Assembly (NCBI GenBank): GCA_903928445.1
Contig: CAIYRB010000194.1
Span: forward strand, 25,301-89,300
DNA: 64,000 nucleotides
Direction: 5' to 3'
Source of the DNA: an uncultured Pseudomonadota bacterium
Lineage (GTDB): Bacteria > Bdellovibrionota_B > Oligoflexia > Oligoflexales > CAIYRB01
Position numbers and translations under genes: made by a program. Positions within the stretch are counted from its first letter, which is position 1. Every line of letters starts with the position of its first letter. The notes beneath the pieces were generated by a model that saw only the letters and a program-made list of their open reading frames with translations, did not search any database and was not told where the DNA came from. This document shows positions 54,977 through 64,000 of this stretch, piece by piece.

Positions 54977-55618
54977 TTTGGCGGACCAAGCCCGGTCATA
55001 CTGCAGACGCAGCAGCTGACGTAACTTGCCATCGATGCGCCGCGGCTCGCCAGGTGCTTGCAATAGCGCATACCAAAAGCGTGCGGCATAACGCGTCGCC
55101 TGCCAATACAGGTCATAATCCTGGGCAACGATGCGAGCGCCATCGTACAAGCGGCGCGCCAGTGGCATGAGGTGTGAGTCACCGCATTGTTGTTCAAGAA
55201 ACATGGCCGCAAAAAGCAGCTTATCGATCTCGCCTTGGCCCTCAAGCTCGAGCTTACTGACCGACCGTCCGACCGCAGCGCGATTGAGCAGGAGATGAAA
55301 ATGGCTGATCTCCTCTACCAAGTGACAAAATCCATCAAGGTTATGGTCGCCCAAAAGTTGCGTTGGATCGTGCTCGACGAGAGCCTCAACCAGAGGGGTC
55401 GTGAAATGCACGCCAATAAACAGCTCATCATCGGCACCAGAATTAACAAATACCGCCGCACGCCCTGGAGGCGGCGGTTGGCCACCGAGCGCTACGGCCA
55501 GCTGGCTTTCATCAATGAGGTGATCGGCGGCAGATGCTTGCGGTAAAAAACCATAGAACGCAGCCATATGCTGTTCCACCACCGCCACCATGGCGGCAAA
55601 GGATCCCCCGCCTTTCAT
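54938..55618 (-). CDS. Hypothetical protein (226 aa)
   Basis: Genome-typical codon bias and ATGA coupling to the upstream 205-aa gene. Contains HLVEEISHFHLL, which is not a canonical HExxH. No domain recognised. Confidence 0.6.
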   Translation of the reverse strand: MKGGGSFAAMVAVVEQHMAAFYGFLPQASAADHLIDESQLAVALGGQPPPPGRAAVFVNSGADDELFIGVHFTTPLVEALVEHDPTQLLGDHNLDGFCHLVEEISHFHLLLNRAAVGRSVSKLELEGQGEIDKLLFAAMFLEQQCGDSHLMPLARRLYDGARIVAQDYDLYWQATRYAARFWYALLQAPGEPRRIDGKLRQLLRLQYDRAWSAKLDALPSVRQHAA

Positions 55619-56232
55619 TGCTTGTCTCGCACCGGCATCGGAATCGGTGTGATGCCAGCCTTGTTTAGAAGCCGCGCCAAACGCTCAGAATGGTTGCGCG
55701 TCCAGCGGTCGTAAATGGCCAACAGATCGATTGGCTTTGCTGCGCCAGGTGTCTCTGACACCTCAGCCACCACCTCAACAATGGCATCAAACTTCTCGGC
55801 CAGGCCGCTGTAGATCTCGGTAAACTGGTCGTCTCCATGCTGGTCGCGCATAATCGTCGAGACATTGTTATAGGCAGAGGCACCAATGGCGATGTAGTAA
55901 TCGAGATTAAACGCCTTGCGGTTAAAATAGTCCTGAAAAAACCCAGCATAGTAGAGGCTCGTATCGCCAAGATATTTGAAGATCCGCAGCTTCTGTGCCG
56001 GCGGCGCCTCGACCGCCTCCTTAAGCATCAAGGCAAGGGGCGTTGCTAGTGCATCTAACTGGCCAGTCACGGTTTCGAGTTTGCCTGGGACGATAAACTC
56101 GCAGAGCAGATTGACGACATAAAATTCCACTTCGTCGCTCAGCTGCACCTGTTGGTTTGCTAAGGCCTGGGTCACCTTTTCATAGAAAAATTCGTGCGGT
56201 CGGATTAGCAACTGCAGCTGCGGCTCTCCCAT
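55615..56232 (-). CDS. Hypothetical helical protein (205 aa)
   Basis: An all-helical-looking sequence that is the first gene of a two-gene coupled unit. No domain recognised. Confidence 0.6.
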   Translation of the reverse strand: MGEPQLQLLIRPHEFFYEKVTQALANQQVQLSDEVEFYVVNLLCEFIVPGKLETVTGQLDALATPLALMLKEAVEAPPAQKLRIFKYLGDTSLYYAGFFQDYFNRKAFNLDYYIAIGASAYNNVSTIMRDQHGDDQFTEIYSGLAEKFDAIVEVVAEVSETPGAAKPIDLLAIYDRWTRNHSERLARLLNKAGITPIPMPVRDKQ

Positions 56233-56467
56233 GACCCCTCCTTAAGGCATGCGTGCGCGGACATGTCTAGCGATGTGTGGTGATACTTCATATGATCTCT
56301 CTTGTTTGGCCAGCCAGTCAATATGCTCGCCTAATAACTTATGATTCCTATCGGCAACTTCGGGGAAATCCTTTAGACTCAGCCAGGTTCTTGATCGATC
56401 CTTAAATATCCCAACTATTTCAAAATGTTAGCGCCACCCCCTATGAAGTGGGGGCGAAGCACCGGGG

Positions 56468-56863
56468 ATGGAGTGGCCGTTGAGCGAGGCGAAGGAGCAA
56501 AAAGGTCGGCGCCCCGAACCTTCAACTAGCAGCGACAAGCTGGGCTTGGAGGAGATCGTCCACCTTGCCAACCGCATTGGCCTTGAGTACGCCACGGCAA
56601 AGCGGGACGCTGAGCGTCTTGAGCTGCTCAAGCCAACGGTTCGGTCGCGCGTCACCATCCGCCTGGACGATGGGTCGCTGACGGAAGCGAAGCTGCGTCG
56701 GTTGACTGAGACCGATCCCGAATATGTCGAATTCATCGAAAAGCTCGCTCAGGCCAAAGGCGAAAGCGAGCGGCTACGCATCCGCTACGAGTCGTATAAA
56801 AACCTGTTCGAGGCAAAGCGCAGCTTGCTCAGCTATCAAAAGGCAGAGATGAAGCTGCTGTAG
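56468..56863 (+). CDS. Hypothetical coiled-coil protein (131 aa)
   Basis: High-GC3 codon use. Charged helical repeats (AKRDAERLELLK, EKLAQAKGESERLRIRYESYKNLFEAKR). Divergent from the 205/226-aa pair. Confidence 0.6.
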   Translation: MEWPLSEAKEQKGRRPEPSTSSDKLGLEEIVHLANRIGLEYATAKRDAERLELLKPTVRSRVTIRLDDGSLTEAKLRRLTETDPEYVEFIEKLAQAKGESERLRIRYESYKNLFEAKRSLLSYQKAEMKLL

Positions 56864-56878
56864 TCCCTGGAGCGGTGA

Positions 56879-57898
56879 CTATTGCCTGCTGGTTGCTGAC
56901 TTAGCTCCACCCACGGACGGAACCGGCGTCGTTTGCAGTACGGCAATTTTTTGCCGTACCTCATTCAAGCGCGCAATGAACTCGGGGTCGGCCGAGGCTT
57001 GCTTACGAAAGACCTGGTAGTAACGCAAGGACTTGTCTCGGTCGATCCCTTCGTATGCCTTACCCAGGTAGTAATGGGCTTCGGTCAGGCGCGGCCTGAG
57101 GCGCACCGCGCGCTCCATATAGGTAATCGCCTGCTTGGTCTTGCCTCCATCTAGAGAGCAGCGCCCCAGACCAAGCAGCGCACCAGCGAGAAGCGGTTGA
57201 TCTTTGAGTGCGGCGCGGTAGGCTTTAGCCGCACCCTCTTGGTCATTTAGCTCGTAGAGCACATCGCCTTCGACACTGTCGTAGAAGGCCCGAGACGCCT
57301 TTGTTGCCTGCTTCTTCGCCGTGCGGATGGTTGCCAACGCCTCTTTGCTGCGCTTCAGCTTTAGCAAGGTGCGCGACAGAATGATGCCGGTCTGCTCGTC
57401 ATCTGCGGCAACCTTTTGCAGGTCCCGGGCAATCGTCAAGGCCTCGCTGTAATACCGGATCTTAAAGAAGCTCCAGGCTAAAGGCTTGAGCGCGCGCGGA
57501 TCAGCATCATGGATCTTCAGCGCCTTCTTGTAGCGAAAAATCGCCTCAGAGTATTTATCCTGAGCCCGATAGGCTTCACCTAGGTAATAGTTTGCATCGA
57601 AGTCCTTTTCAAAGCTCCCCATCGCCTTTTCCAGATGGCGAGCCGCCGTTTTGTAATCGCCCATCTTCACCTGCACCATGCCAAGGTTACGGTGAGCCGT
57701 CATGTTACCGGGCTTTTGCGTCAGCGCCTTTTTGTAGGCTTCGGAAGCCTCGCGCAGCAGCCCATCTTTGGCATATTGGTTACCAGTTGCGACGTAGTTC
57801 TTCGCTGGCAGGGTGGCGCAAGCAACAGCCATCAGGCCGCTGGCTAAGACACAAATCAAGGCTCCACGCCGCGCAAATGCCCTTATGAAATCGGCCAT
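56879..57898 (-). CDS. TPR-repeat lipoprotein
   Basis: Lipobox-like LMAVAC. At least seven TPR-like units (A..Y.KAL...P....A...LG). Start trimmed to MADFIRAF. Confidence 0.8.
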   Translation of the reverse strand: MADFIRAFARRGALICVLASGLMAVACATLPAKNYVATGNQYAKDGLLREASEAYKKALTQKPGNMTAHRNLGMVQVKMGDYKTAARHLEKAMGSFEKDFDANYYLGEAYRAQDKYSEAIFRYKKALKIHDADPRALKPLAWSFFKIRYYSEALTIARDLQKVAADDEQTGIILSRTLLKLKRSKEALATIRTAKKQATKASRAFYDSVEGDVLYELNDQEGAAKAYRAALKDQPLLAGALLGLGRCSLDGGKTKQAITYMERAVRLRPRLTEAHYYLGKAYEGIDRDKSLRYYQVFRKQASADPEFIARLNEVRQKIAVLQTTPVPSVGGAKSATSRQ

Positions 57899-57997
57899 AG
57901 GGAGGAGACTCCAAATGAAATGAGAGAAGGCAGGAGAAGAGGGATAGCTCGATTTTATCACATAAGGGATGAATGTGGCAGGCTGCGCTCCATCGCG

Positions 57998-58327
57998 TTA
58001 TTGCGCGATGTAATACTCCTCAAAAAGCGACCAGCAGCGGCCGTTTTTTGAGTAAAATGAAAGCATGATCTCCTTTGCCCGCCATTCCTTGTAATTAGCA
58101 AGTTTGTAGCTGTAGTAGCGCAGATCGAGGGCGCCGGATTTGCCCGACACCAGGCCATCGGGGACCGGCATGAACTCGTCGATATAATAGCATTCGTTAG
58201 CTGAGTTTTTCAGAAAGGGAAGAAAGGTAGGATCCGGTCCTCCAGTCGATACGGCCGTCTGGCATTGCCACAGCGCAGCGCTAGTGACCAGGACTAGACC
58301 GAGTTTAGTGATTAAATTAGGTTTCAT
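57998..58327 (-). CDS. Hypothetical small secreted protein (109 aa)
   Basis: Signal peptide MKPNLITKLGLVLVTSAALWQC. Upstream of the TPR lipoprotein on the same strand. Confidence 0.55.
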   Translation of the reverse strand: MKPNLITKLGLVLVTSAALWQCQTAVSTGGPDPTFLPFLKNSANECYYIDEFMPVPDGLVSGKSGALDLRYYSYKLANYKEWRAKEIMLSFYSKNGRCWSLFEEYYIAQ

Positions 58328-58422
58328 TTTACGCCTCTCGCCCTGCGGGCTACACTTGCCTTTGAGCTAAATCGACAGAAAACCTAGAACCTTTAGCAAA
58401 AAGTTCTTGCACCGGAGGCAAC

Positions 58423-59580
58423 ATGCGGCGCTTTATTCCCCTGCTTCTTTCGGCTTACGCCGTCAGCTGCACGACTTCCGGCAGCCATGAAGCCACCTCT
58501 GGGTGGTCAGCACTCATGCGAGCGGACAAGGTCGAGTGCAGCACCTGGCCGCTTCGCGATAAAGATCTGCAGATCGATGACCTAAGCTGGATGAGTGGAC
58601 ACAAACCGGGGTTTTTGCTCAGCGGGCTCAAACGCGACGCCAGTCCGCTGCATTATTTTACCCCATTTGACGGCGATGAAACGGTCGATCCGAGCACTTT
58701 TGTCCCGCTGAACCTCGGAGCTCACGCTATCTTGCTCGGCGGGGGCAGCATCGGCAATCAAGCCGTGATCGTCGTCGCCCACAACAACTCGGGCAAATCG
58801 ACCTTTGATATCCGCAGCCTGCCAAACAACGTGGTGAAGTACAAAGGCGACATCGGGAGCTACCAGGTGGTCGAGGGAAGCGTCGCCCAAGCAAAAGGCG
58901 GTTTATGGCTGAGCCTTAAATCGGAGGATAATATTTACCATCTGGTCCACATCAACACCCAGCAGCCGGCCAAACTAAGCAGCAAAGCACTGCCTGCTCC
59001 CACCTTCGGTGATCAGCCGAAGGTGCTTGGCAGTGCGACCGGCGGTGGCGCGACCGTCCTGTGGAAAGAGGGCGAAGCGGGCAAACCCCTGAGGTTGCAG
59101 GAATTGACTGCCGATGGCGGCGCCGAACCCCCGGTCACCCTTGACCTCCAAGTCTCGAGCCAGCTTGAGAGCTGGTCGGCCATCTCGCACGCAGGAGCGA
59201 TTTACCTGGCTTTGCTCGACGGCGACACCATGGTCGGCCAAGCTGAGGTCAAAGTCGCTGCTGTTTACCATGGCAAAACAGGGACCTCGGTCAAATGGAA
59301 TAAGGCCGTGCCGCTGCGTGATACCCACGCCCAGGAGCCGACCCTGGTAGCCACTCGCGACGGCCTGGAGGTCTTGGTTTTGAATTGGATTGACGAGGAA
59401 AGCACTATTGCGCGATACAAGGTGGCCGGCGCCAGTCTTGGTAAACCCACGTATTCCGGAGTCTTCCAGAAGGGTGCCCGAATCCTCGAGGCCTTCGCTG
59501 GCCCAGATCTGAAGGATGCCTTTGTCCTCACCCGCAACCGCGGCGACAAGCGCTCGGCGTATCAGCTCTGCAAGATTTAA
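58423..59580 (+). CDS. Hypothetical lipoprotein (possible beta-propeller)
   Basis: Lipobox LSAYAVSC, beta-rich repetitive sequence. The large antisense ORF 58975..59712 is judged a shadow. Confidence 0.65.
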   Translation: MRRFIPLLLSAYAVSCTTSGSHEATSGWSALMRADKVECSTWPLRDKDLQIDDLSWMSGHKPGFLLSGLKRDASPLHYFTPFDGDETVDPSTFVPLNLGAHAILLGGGSIGNQAVIVVAHNNSGKSTFDIRSLPNNVVKYKGDIGSYQVVEGSVAQAKGGLWLSLKSEDNIYHLVHINTQQPAKLSSKALPAPTFGDQPKVLGSATGGGATVLWKEGEAGKPLRLQELTADGGAEPPVTLDLQVSSQLESWSAISHAGAIYLALLDGDTMVGQAEVKVAAVYHGKTGTSVKWNKAVPLRDTHAQEPTLVATRDGLEVLVLNWIDEESTIARYKVAGASLGKPTYSGVFQKGARILEAFAGPDLKDAFVLTRNRGDKRSAYQLCKI

Positions 59581-59592
59581 CAGGAGAACGGG

Positions 59593-60531
59593 ATGACTAG
59601 GCAGACTCCAGCGAAACCAAGCACAGGCGAGCTGCCGAATCCCCCAGCTAAAGAGCTGGTCACCAACCTCGCTTCCTTTAAAGCCTTTGCGGCCGATATC
59701 AAGATCGCGCACAGCGTCTTTGCCTTACCGTTCGCCATGTCGGCCTTTGTCATCGGCCACCTGCCGTTGCCGACTGTCAGGCAAGTCTTGCTGCTCCTGA
59801 CCTGCATGATCTGCGCCAGGTCGTTTGCTATGGGAATGAACCGCTTTCTCGATCGGCGCATCGACCGTGCTAATCCGCGGACCTTAAGCCGCAAAATCCC
59901 CGCCGGTCAGCTCACAGCACGGCAAGGATTCGCCTGGTCGGCGCTTGCCGGAGCCTTACTGATTGCTGCGGCCTTTGCTCTTAGCCCACTGGCCGGCTAC
60001 TGCGCACCGCCCTTGCTCGCCATCCTCGCCACCTACTCACTCATGAAGCACCTGACGTGGCTGACCCACTGGTACCTCGGCCTCTGTTTAGGCCTAGCAC
60101 CCGTGGCGGTGACTGTGGCGATGACTGGTACGGCGCCCATCTCGGTGCTGTTAGTTGGGCTTGGCGTGTGTTTATGGACGGCCGGCTTTGATGTCCTCTA
60201 CGCCCTGCAAGACCGTGAGTTTGACGTGCAGCATGGTCTGCATAGTGTCCCGCGTCACTTTGGCCCAGCCGTGACCCTGCGCGTCAGCCGTATCTGCTTC
60301 GCTATCATGATTGCGTCGCTCGCCCTGGCAGGACATCTTGCCGCCATGGGACCTTATTATTACGCCGGAATCGCGCTGATTACGGCGCTGCTGATCTACG
60401 AGCATGTACTGGTCCGAGATGCTCGGATCGACGGTCAGTCACGGCATCTGAACTTGGCTTTTTTCAACATGAATGCCTACGTCAGTGTCGTCTACTTCGT
60501 CTTCACGGCACTGGATGCGTACCTGTGGTAG
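59593..60531 (+). CDS. UbiA-family aromatic prenyltransferase (4-hydroxybenzoate polyprenyltransferase-related; MqnP-like)
   Basis: KIAHSVFALPFA, Asp-rich NRFLDRRIDRANPRT and YALQDREFD, eight or nine TM segments. Overlaps ubiX by 7 nt. Confidence 0.85.
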   Translation: MTRQTPAKPSTGELPNPPAKELVTNLASFKAFAADIKIAHSVFALPFAMSAFVIGHLPLPTVRQVLLLLTCMICARSFAMGMNRFLDRRIDRANPRTLSRKIPAGQLTARQGFAWSALAGALLIAAAFALSPLAGYCAPPLLAILATYSLMKHLTWLTHWYLGLCLGLAPVAVTVAMTGTAPISVLLVGLGVCLWTAGFDVLYALQDREFDVQHGLHSVPRHFGPAVTLRVSRICFAIMIASLALAGHLAAMGPYYYAGIALITALLIYEHVLVRDARIDGQSRHLNLAFFNMNAYVSVVYFVFTALDAYLW

Positions 60532-61160
60532 ATCTAACTCCCCATTCACGCCAGGATGCACGCATCCTGGTGGCAGTGACCGGCGCCTCAGGCTCAATCT
60601 ACGCCGAGCGTCTCGTCGATATTCTGCGCACGCGGGTTGAGCGCGTTTACCTGCTATTTTCTGATGCTGGACTCCAAGTCGTGCGTCACGAATTAAAGCC
60701 AAGAGCCGAGGGCTTTTCCCTGATCCGCGCGGCGTCCGGTGACTTAGACCCAGCCGATCGCCAGGTCATTCGCCTGCTGGATAATAACGACCTGTTCGCG
60801 CCTGTAGCCAGCGGCTCATCGGCGCCGACGGCAATGGTCGTGCTGCCAACGTCCATGGGCACCCTAGGCCGCATCTGCCACGGCATCTCGAGCAATTTGC
60901 TCGAGCGTTCGGCAGACGTCTGCTTGAAGCAAAAGCGGCCACTAGTGCTGTGCCCGCGCGAGACCCCGCTAAGCGCCATTCACCTTAAGAACATGCTCCA
61001 GCTGGCCGAATACGGCGCCTCGATCGTTCCGGCGATGCCAGCTTTCTATCAACACCCAAAGAGCATCGAAGACCTCGTTGACTTCATGGTCGGCCGGGTG
61101 CTCGAAGTGCTCGACCTACCGCACGGCCTCTACCCGCCGTGGAACAGTCGCATGCGATGA
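60525..61160 (+). CDS. ubiX: Flavin prenyltransferase UbiX
   Basis: ILVAVTGASGSIYAERL, LPTSMGTLGRI, CPRETPLS, PAFY. Confidence 0.92.
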   Translation: MVDLTPHSRQDARILVAVTGASGSIYAERLVDILRTRVERVYLLFSDAGLQVVRHELKPRAEGFSLIRAASGDLDPADRQVIRLLDNNDLFAPVASGSSAPTAMVVLPTSMGTLGRICHGISSNLLERSADVCLKQKRPLVLCPRETPLSAIHLKNMLQLAEYGASIVPAMPAFYQHPKSIEDLVDFMVGRVLEVLDLPHGLYPPWNSRMR

Positions 61161-61197
61161 CCCTCGTGGTTTCCGCCGCGGCGGCAACTACGAGGGT
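61160..61197 (+). terminator. Long GC-rich stem-loop immediately after ubiX
   Basis: ACCCTCGT...ACGAGGGT forms an 8-bp outer stem enclosing the self-complementary CCGCCGCGGCGG. It begins at the last base of the ubiX stop codon. No clear U-tract. Confidence 0.4.
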
Positions 61198-61199
61198 CG

Positions 61200-61242
61200 C
61201 TCTGGGATTTAAATAGTCCTTAAGACTCAAACGATCCCAGAG
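61200..61242. repeat. 9-bp inverted repeat CTCTGGGAT - 25 nt AT-rich spacer - ATCCCAGAG
   Basis: Read directly from the sequence; exact reverse complements. Sits 2 nt after the preceding stem-loop. Confidence 0.8.
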
Positions 61243-61340
61243 GGTTAGGGGATTGGCTCAGGACCGCGGGCAGACTGCCGAAGAGGTCTTTAGTTGACTC
61301 TTGTGGCTTTCCCAGCGACTGCACTCAGAAAGGTCCGTCG

Positions 61341-61646
61341 ATGCTCAAACAAAGTGTGTCAACCGTCTTATTTGTCGCTGGTTTTTGTGCCACGGTGCCA
61401 GCCGCGCCGTGGATACTATGGCAGCACGTGTCGCAAACCGAGGCGAGCTTACTGCTGCTCATGGTAAGTCTGCCTTTTTACGTCTGGGTGAGCGGCTACG
61501 CCTACCTGCGAGCCTTTAATGCGACCGAAGATGCGACGGCGCATCTCTACGTCTGGACACTAAACTATCTTGCGGATCGGCCCAAAGCTGGGGATAAGGT
61601 GTGGATTCTCCAACCGCAACCAGTAAAAATCCGAGTTAGGCGCTAG
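61341..61646 (+). CDS. Hypothetical membrane protein (101 aa)
   Basis: Two hydrophobic segments (VLFVAGFCATVPAAPWILW, LLLLMVSLPFYVWVSGYAYL). Weak evidence only. Confidence 0.4.
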   Translation: MLKQSVSTVLFVAGFCATVPAAPWILWQHVSQTEASLLLLMVSLPFYVWVSGYAYLRAFNATEDATAHLYVWTLNYLADRPKAGDKVWILQPQPVKIRVRR

Positions 61647-61735
61647 TCCGACACGCGCAGGGCGCTGTTTGAAATTTACCGCACATCGATTTATCATAGG
61701 AGAAAGCCACCAAATTCACCCTGCGAAGTCTACCT

Positions 61736-62656
61736 ATGCTGCGATCATCGATGCGACATCGCTTGGCCGTACTCTGCGTCATCGCCGCCGGTCTATTTGG
61801 CGGTAGGCAAAGTGCGGCCGGGGCCACGTGGAACGGCTACGAAGAAGCTGAAATGGTGCATATTTGGGCTCCCGGCGACACCCTCACTGAGCTGCTGTAT
61901 AGCCAAGGACTGGGCCGCGCAAAGGGGCCACTTCAACTCTACGGTAGCCATGGGTGGATCACCCGCAATACCGAGCGCAATAAGATTGAAAACTGGAGCC
62001 TCGTCGCGTCTGGCACGAAGATCGTTCTGGTTGCGCCGAAGGTTCTGCTGGAGCCAAGTTCAACGATGAATCATCTCGTCTTGAGCGGCCCGCCGAAATC
62101 GCCGGCGCTGGCAGCCTTGGCGACGGCTATCAACCAAGAGCAGCAATCCAGCGTCAGCGCATCTGATCAATCCGACCATGTGCTCACAGAACTCGGACCT
62201 GAGGACAATGGTTTTGCCGACCCAGACGAGGTGCAATCCGACAAGATATCACCCGCGGGTGCCCAGGCCGGCCTGTCGATTGAAGACCATCGACCACGCC
62301 GCGGCCGTCCCCACCGGTCCGTGGCTTTACCGCTTGGCCTTTGCGCCTTAGTCATCACCGCTGGAGCCATCTTGCTGCGCTGGACGGAACGGCGCGCGCG
62401 GATCCAGTATAAATTGCGCCAACAACAAGCCGAGAAAGCGGTGCATCTCGAACGCGCAGGGACTTCACGGCAAATGCTGATCGCCGCGGCAACCGCGATC
62501 TCACTTGCGGGCGGTGATCAGCACACCGTGCAGATCGCCAAGATTGAAGAGCTGCAACTTGACGACCAACCAAGCCAGACGATGTCTAAGGGTTTGTTGA
62601 AGCGGATGATTCGAGCGTGGTTTGGTCAGACAAAGGCGGCGCCGCGGCGGGCGTAG
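61736..62656 (+). CDS. Hypothetical protein with an N-terminal signal, a LysM-like segment and a C-proximal TM helix
   Basis: Signal LAVLCVIAAGLFGG. HIWAPGDTLTELLYSQGLG...GTKIVLVAP resembles a LysM pattern. TM helix LPLGLCALVITAGAILL. Confidence 0.5.
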   Translation: MLRSSMRHRLAVLCVIAAGLFGGRQSAAGATWNGYEEAEMVHIWAPGDTLTELLYSQGLGRAKGPLQLYGSHGWITRNTERNKIENWSLVASGTKIVLVAPKVLLEPSSTMNHLVLSGPPKSPALAALATAINQEQQSSVSASDQSDHVLTELGPEDNGFADPDEVQSDKISPAGAQAGLSIEDHRPRRGRPHRSVALPLGLCALVITAGAILLRWTERRARIQYKLRQQQAEKAVHLERAGTSRQMLIAAATAISLAGGDQHTVQIAKIEELQLDDQPSQTMSKGLLKRMIRAWFGQTKAAPRRA

Positions 62657-62685
62657 TCGCGCCGGCGAGGTAGGTAACCAAAACG

Positions 62686-64000
62686 TCAACCTGGTGAATG
62701 ACGTCGTGATTGCAGCGCTGCTTTCGTCGCCTCGTCGCGAGCACTCAATATCAATCTGTCTAAAGCAGCGTTGCTCTGACCAGGATCTACCGATGCCGCA
62801 CGACCAATCGCTTGTCCAAGTGCTTGGATCTCGCCGCTAGACAACGCCTGCTTGCTGCTCAGGTCTCCCACGGCCTTAAGCCAAGCTCCATCGACCGGCC
62901 GAGACGCCAAGGACCGAACAATATCGCCACGCACCTGCGGCGCACCGTTGCCAGTCTCCGTCTCGTAAGCCTTAACCAGGTAAGCCGACACCTCCGGATC
63001 AGGCGAAAAACGCAGAGAGAAGTAGGCCTGCCCACGGATCTGCGGGGAATCGGCGTGCTCTAGTACCTCGCGTATGACTCCGGTATTCTTCGGGCCTAAA
63101 TTTCCCAGCGCAGCGAGAGAATCATAGACCTCGCGCTCGGACTGCTTTTCTTTTAGCCAACTATCGATGTGCTGCTCAAGAGCAGCAGCCCGCTGCTGGT
63201 CGCCACTGTCGTCACTGGTGCGCAAGCGGCTGCCCAGCACCCCTGATGCCATCCGCGCTCGCTGCGTCGTCACCGGATCAGCTCCGTGATCGGCGATCGC
63301 CAACACGGCCTCTACCGTACCTGGAGTTGGGTGGGCAACAAATCCCAAGCTAGTGATCAGTCGCTGCTGCGCTTCAGGCTGCGCCGCAGCATCTTTAATC
63401 ATTCCGACCAGGGCCTCTTGCGCCTCGGGGCTGCCTACCGCCGTCAGGGCTTTAATCAAGGCCCGCACGCGCTGATCGTCAGGCGACACGTCGCGCAGCG
63501 CACGCTGAATAGCCGCAATACTCTCGGGATGCAGTGCCAGCCAAGACTTAAGCTGCAGATATAAATCCTGCCCCACCTCGTCAACGCCACCTTGTTGGCG
63601 CAACAAAGCCAGGAGCTGGCCTTCGTCCAGGGTCCCAATCACGGCCTTATCAATGCCATCCTTAACGTCAAAGGCTGGCTGTGCCGCCTGCGTTACGAAT
63701 TTTTGAAGCCGCTCGCGCAACCCCGACACGGCCACCTGATCTTGACCACGCCAAGTTAAAGACAGCTCAGTATGTGCCGTCAATGCGGCCGAGCCGCTGG
63801 CGGCGACTTCGTCGCCCCACCAGACAAACGTGGACGGCCCCTGGCAGCCGCTCAGAAAGGTTACATCTGACCTACCGCTAGATTGCGCCGCTGCACCTGG
63901 TAGCGGACTCCAGACTTGACTCAAGACTGGAGGCGCCGATGCATCGCGTGCACAGGAGCCACTAAATGTGTAAACGCTGGCGACCTGACTGGAACCCAGC
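62686..64000 (-). CDS. HEAT/armadillo-like repeat protein, probably a lipoprotein; 5' end runs off the window
   Basis: The ORF track starts at TTG 63924, but the frame stays open to position 64000 (own translation ...YTFSGSCARDASAPPVLSQVW, with a lipobox-like SGSC). The helical repeats have recurring ..P..R..A..AL pattern. Confidence 0.6.
   Translation of the reverse strand, partial: LGSSQVASVYTFSGSCARDASAPPVLSQVWSPLPGAAAQSSGRSDVTFLSGCQGPSTFVWWGDEVAASGSAALTAHTELSLTWRGQDQVAVSGLRERLQKFVTQAAQPAFDVKDGIDKAVIGTLDEGQLLALLRQQGGVDEVGQDLYLQLKSWLALHPESIAAIQRALRDVSPDDQRVRALIKALTAVGSPEAQEALVGMIKDAAAQPEAQQRLITSLGFVAHPTPGTVEAVLAIADHGADPVTTQRARMASGVLGSRLRTSDDSGDQQRAAALEQHIDSWLKEKQSEREVYDSLAALGNLGPKNTGVIREVLEHADSPQIRGQAYFSLRFSPDPEVSAYLVKAYETETGNGAPQVRGDIVRSLASRPVDGAWLKAVGDLSSKQALSSGEIQALGQAIGRAASVDPGQSNAALDRLILSARDEATKAALQSRRHSPG

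Noticed and set aside
56431-56457. An apparent hairpin, CACCCCC...GTGGGGG, upstream of the 131-aa gene.
   Set aside because: The two arms are complements but not reverse complements, so they cannot base-pair as a stem.
1-64000. Search for mobile elements, prophage, integrons or genomic-island boundaries, including at the two tRNA genes.
   Set aside because: No integrase, transposase, recombinase or phage-like ORF was recognised. I saw no direct repeats of tRNA 3' ends, and the gene content is mostly housekeeping.

Overview
This 64-kb window is a densely coded chromosomal segment, about mid-50s %GC by eye, from a diderm (Gram-negative) bacterium. The diderm call rests on kdsA, secG, an Slt-type lytic transglycosylase and many lipoproteins. 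The gene content (pilB-pilT-pilC, futalosine-type menaquinone genes, many TPR, beta-propeller and HEAT lipoproteins, many lineage-specific hypotheticals) suggests a Bdellovibrionota, Oligoflexia or deltaproteobacteria-like lineage. That placement is inference only.

I support about 70 protein-coding genes and 2 tRNAs: tRNA-Leu(GAG) and tRNA-Phe(GAA), which flank secG. I found no rRNA, CRISPR array, integrase, transposase or phage structural gene, so the window looks like core genome rather than an island.

Recognisable content:
- Transport: an ABC-2 exporter.
- Translation and DNA housekeeping: trpS, an ihfA-like gene, map, def, rplS, rnhB, yraN, a holA-like gene, yacG and trxA.
- Pilus motor: pilBTC.
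- Metabolism: an aldehyde dehydrogenase, ppa, kdsA, aroE, ribF, ppx/gppA, rpe and hutH.
- Respiration and cofactors: ctaA and ctaB (haem A), an Nfu-type Fe-S protein, and an MqnC/E-like radical SAM enzyme plus a UbiA-like prenyltransferase and ubiX (menaquinone).
- Selenium: selU followed by an FAD-oxidoreductase::SelD fusion.
- Other: a rhomboid protease.

The most unusual items are:
1. The selenium module and the convergent GT-B glycosyltransferase next to it, separated by an unexplained 480-bp gap.
2. Several tightly coupled operons of unknown function: a 205-aa/226-aa pair with a divergent coiled-coil gene, and a pseudo-receiver/97-aa/2Fe-2S ferredoxin operon.
3. Three sequence-level structures no gene explains: a 12-bp x3 tandem repeat that begins with the holA stop codon, a perfect 12-bp inverted repeat in a divergent promoter region, and tandem stem-loops after ubiX.

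I cannot show that any of these is a new system. All functional calls come from motif recognition by eye and need HMM, BLAST or structure confirmation.
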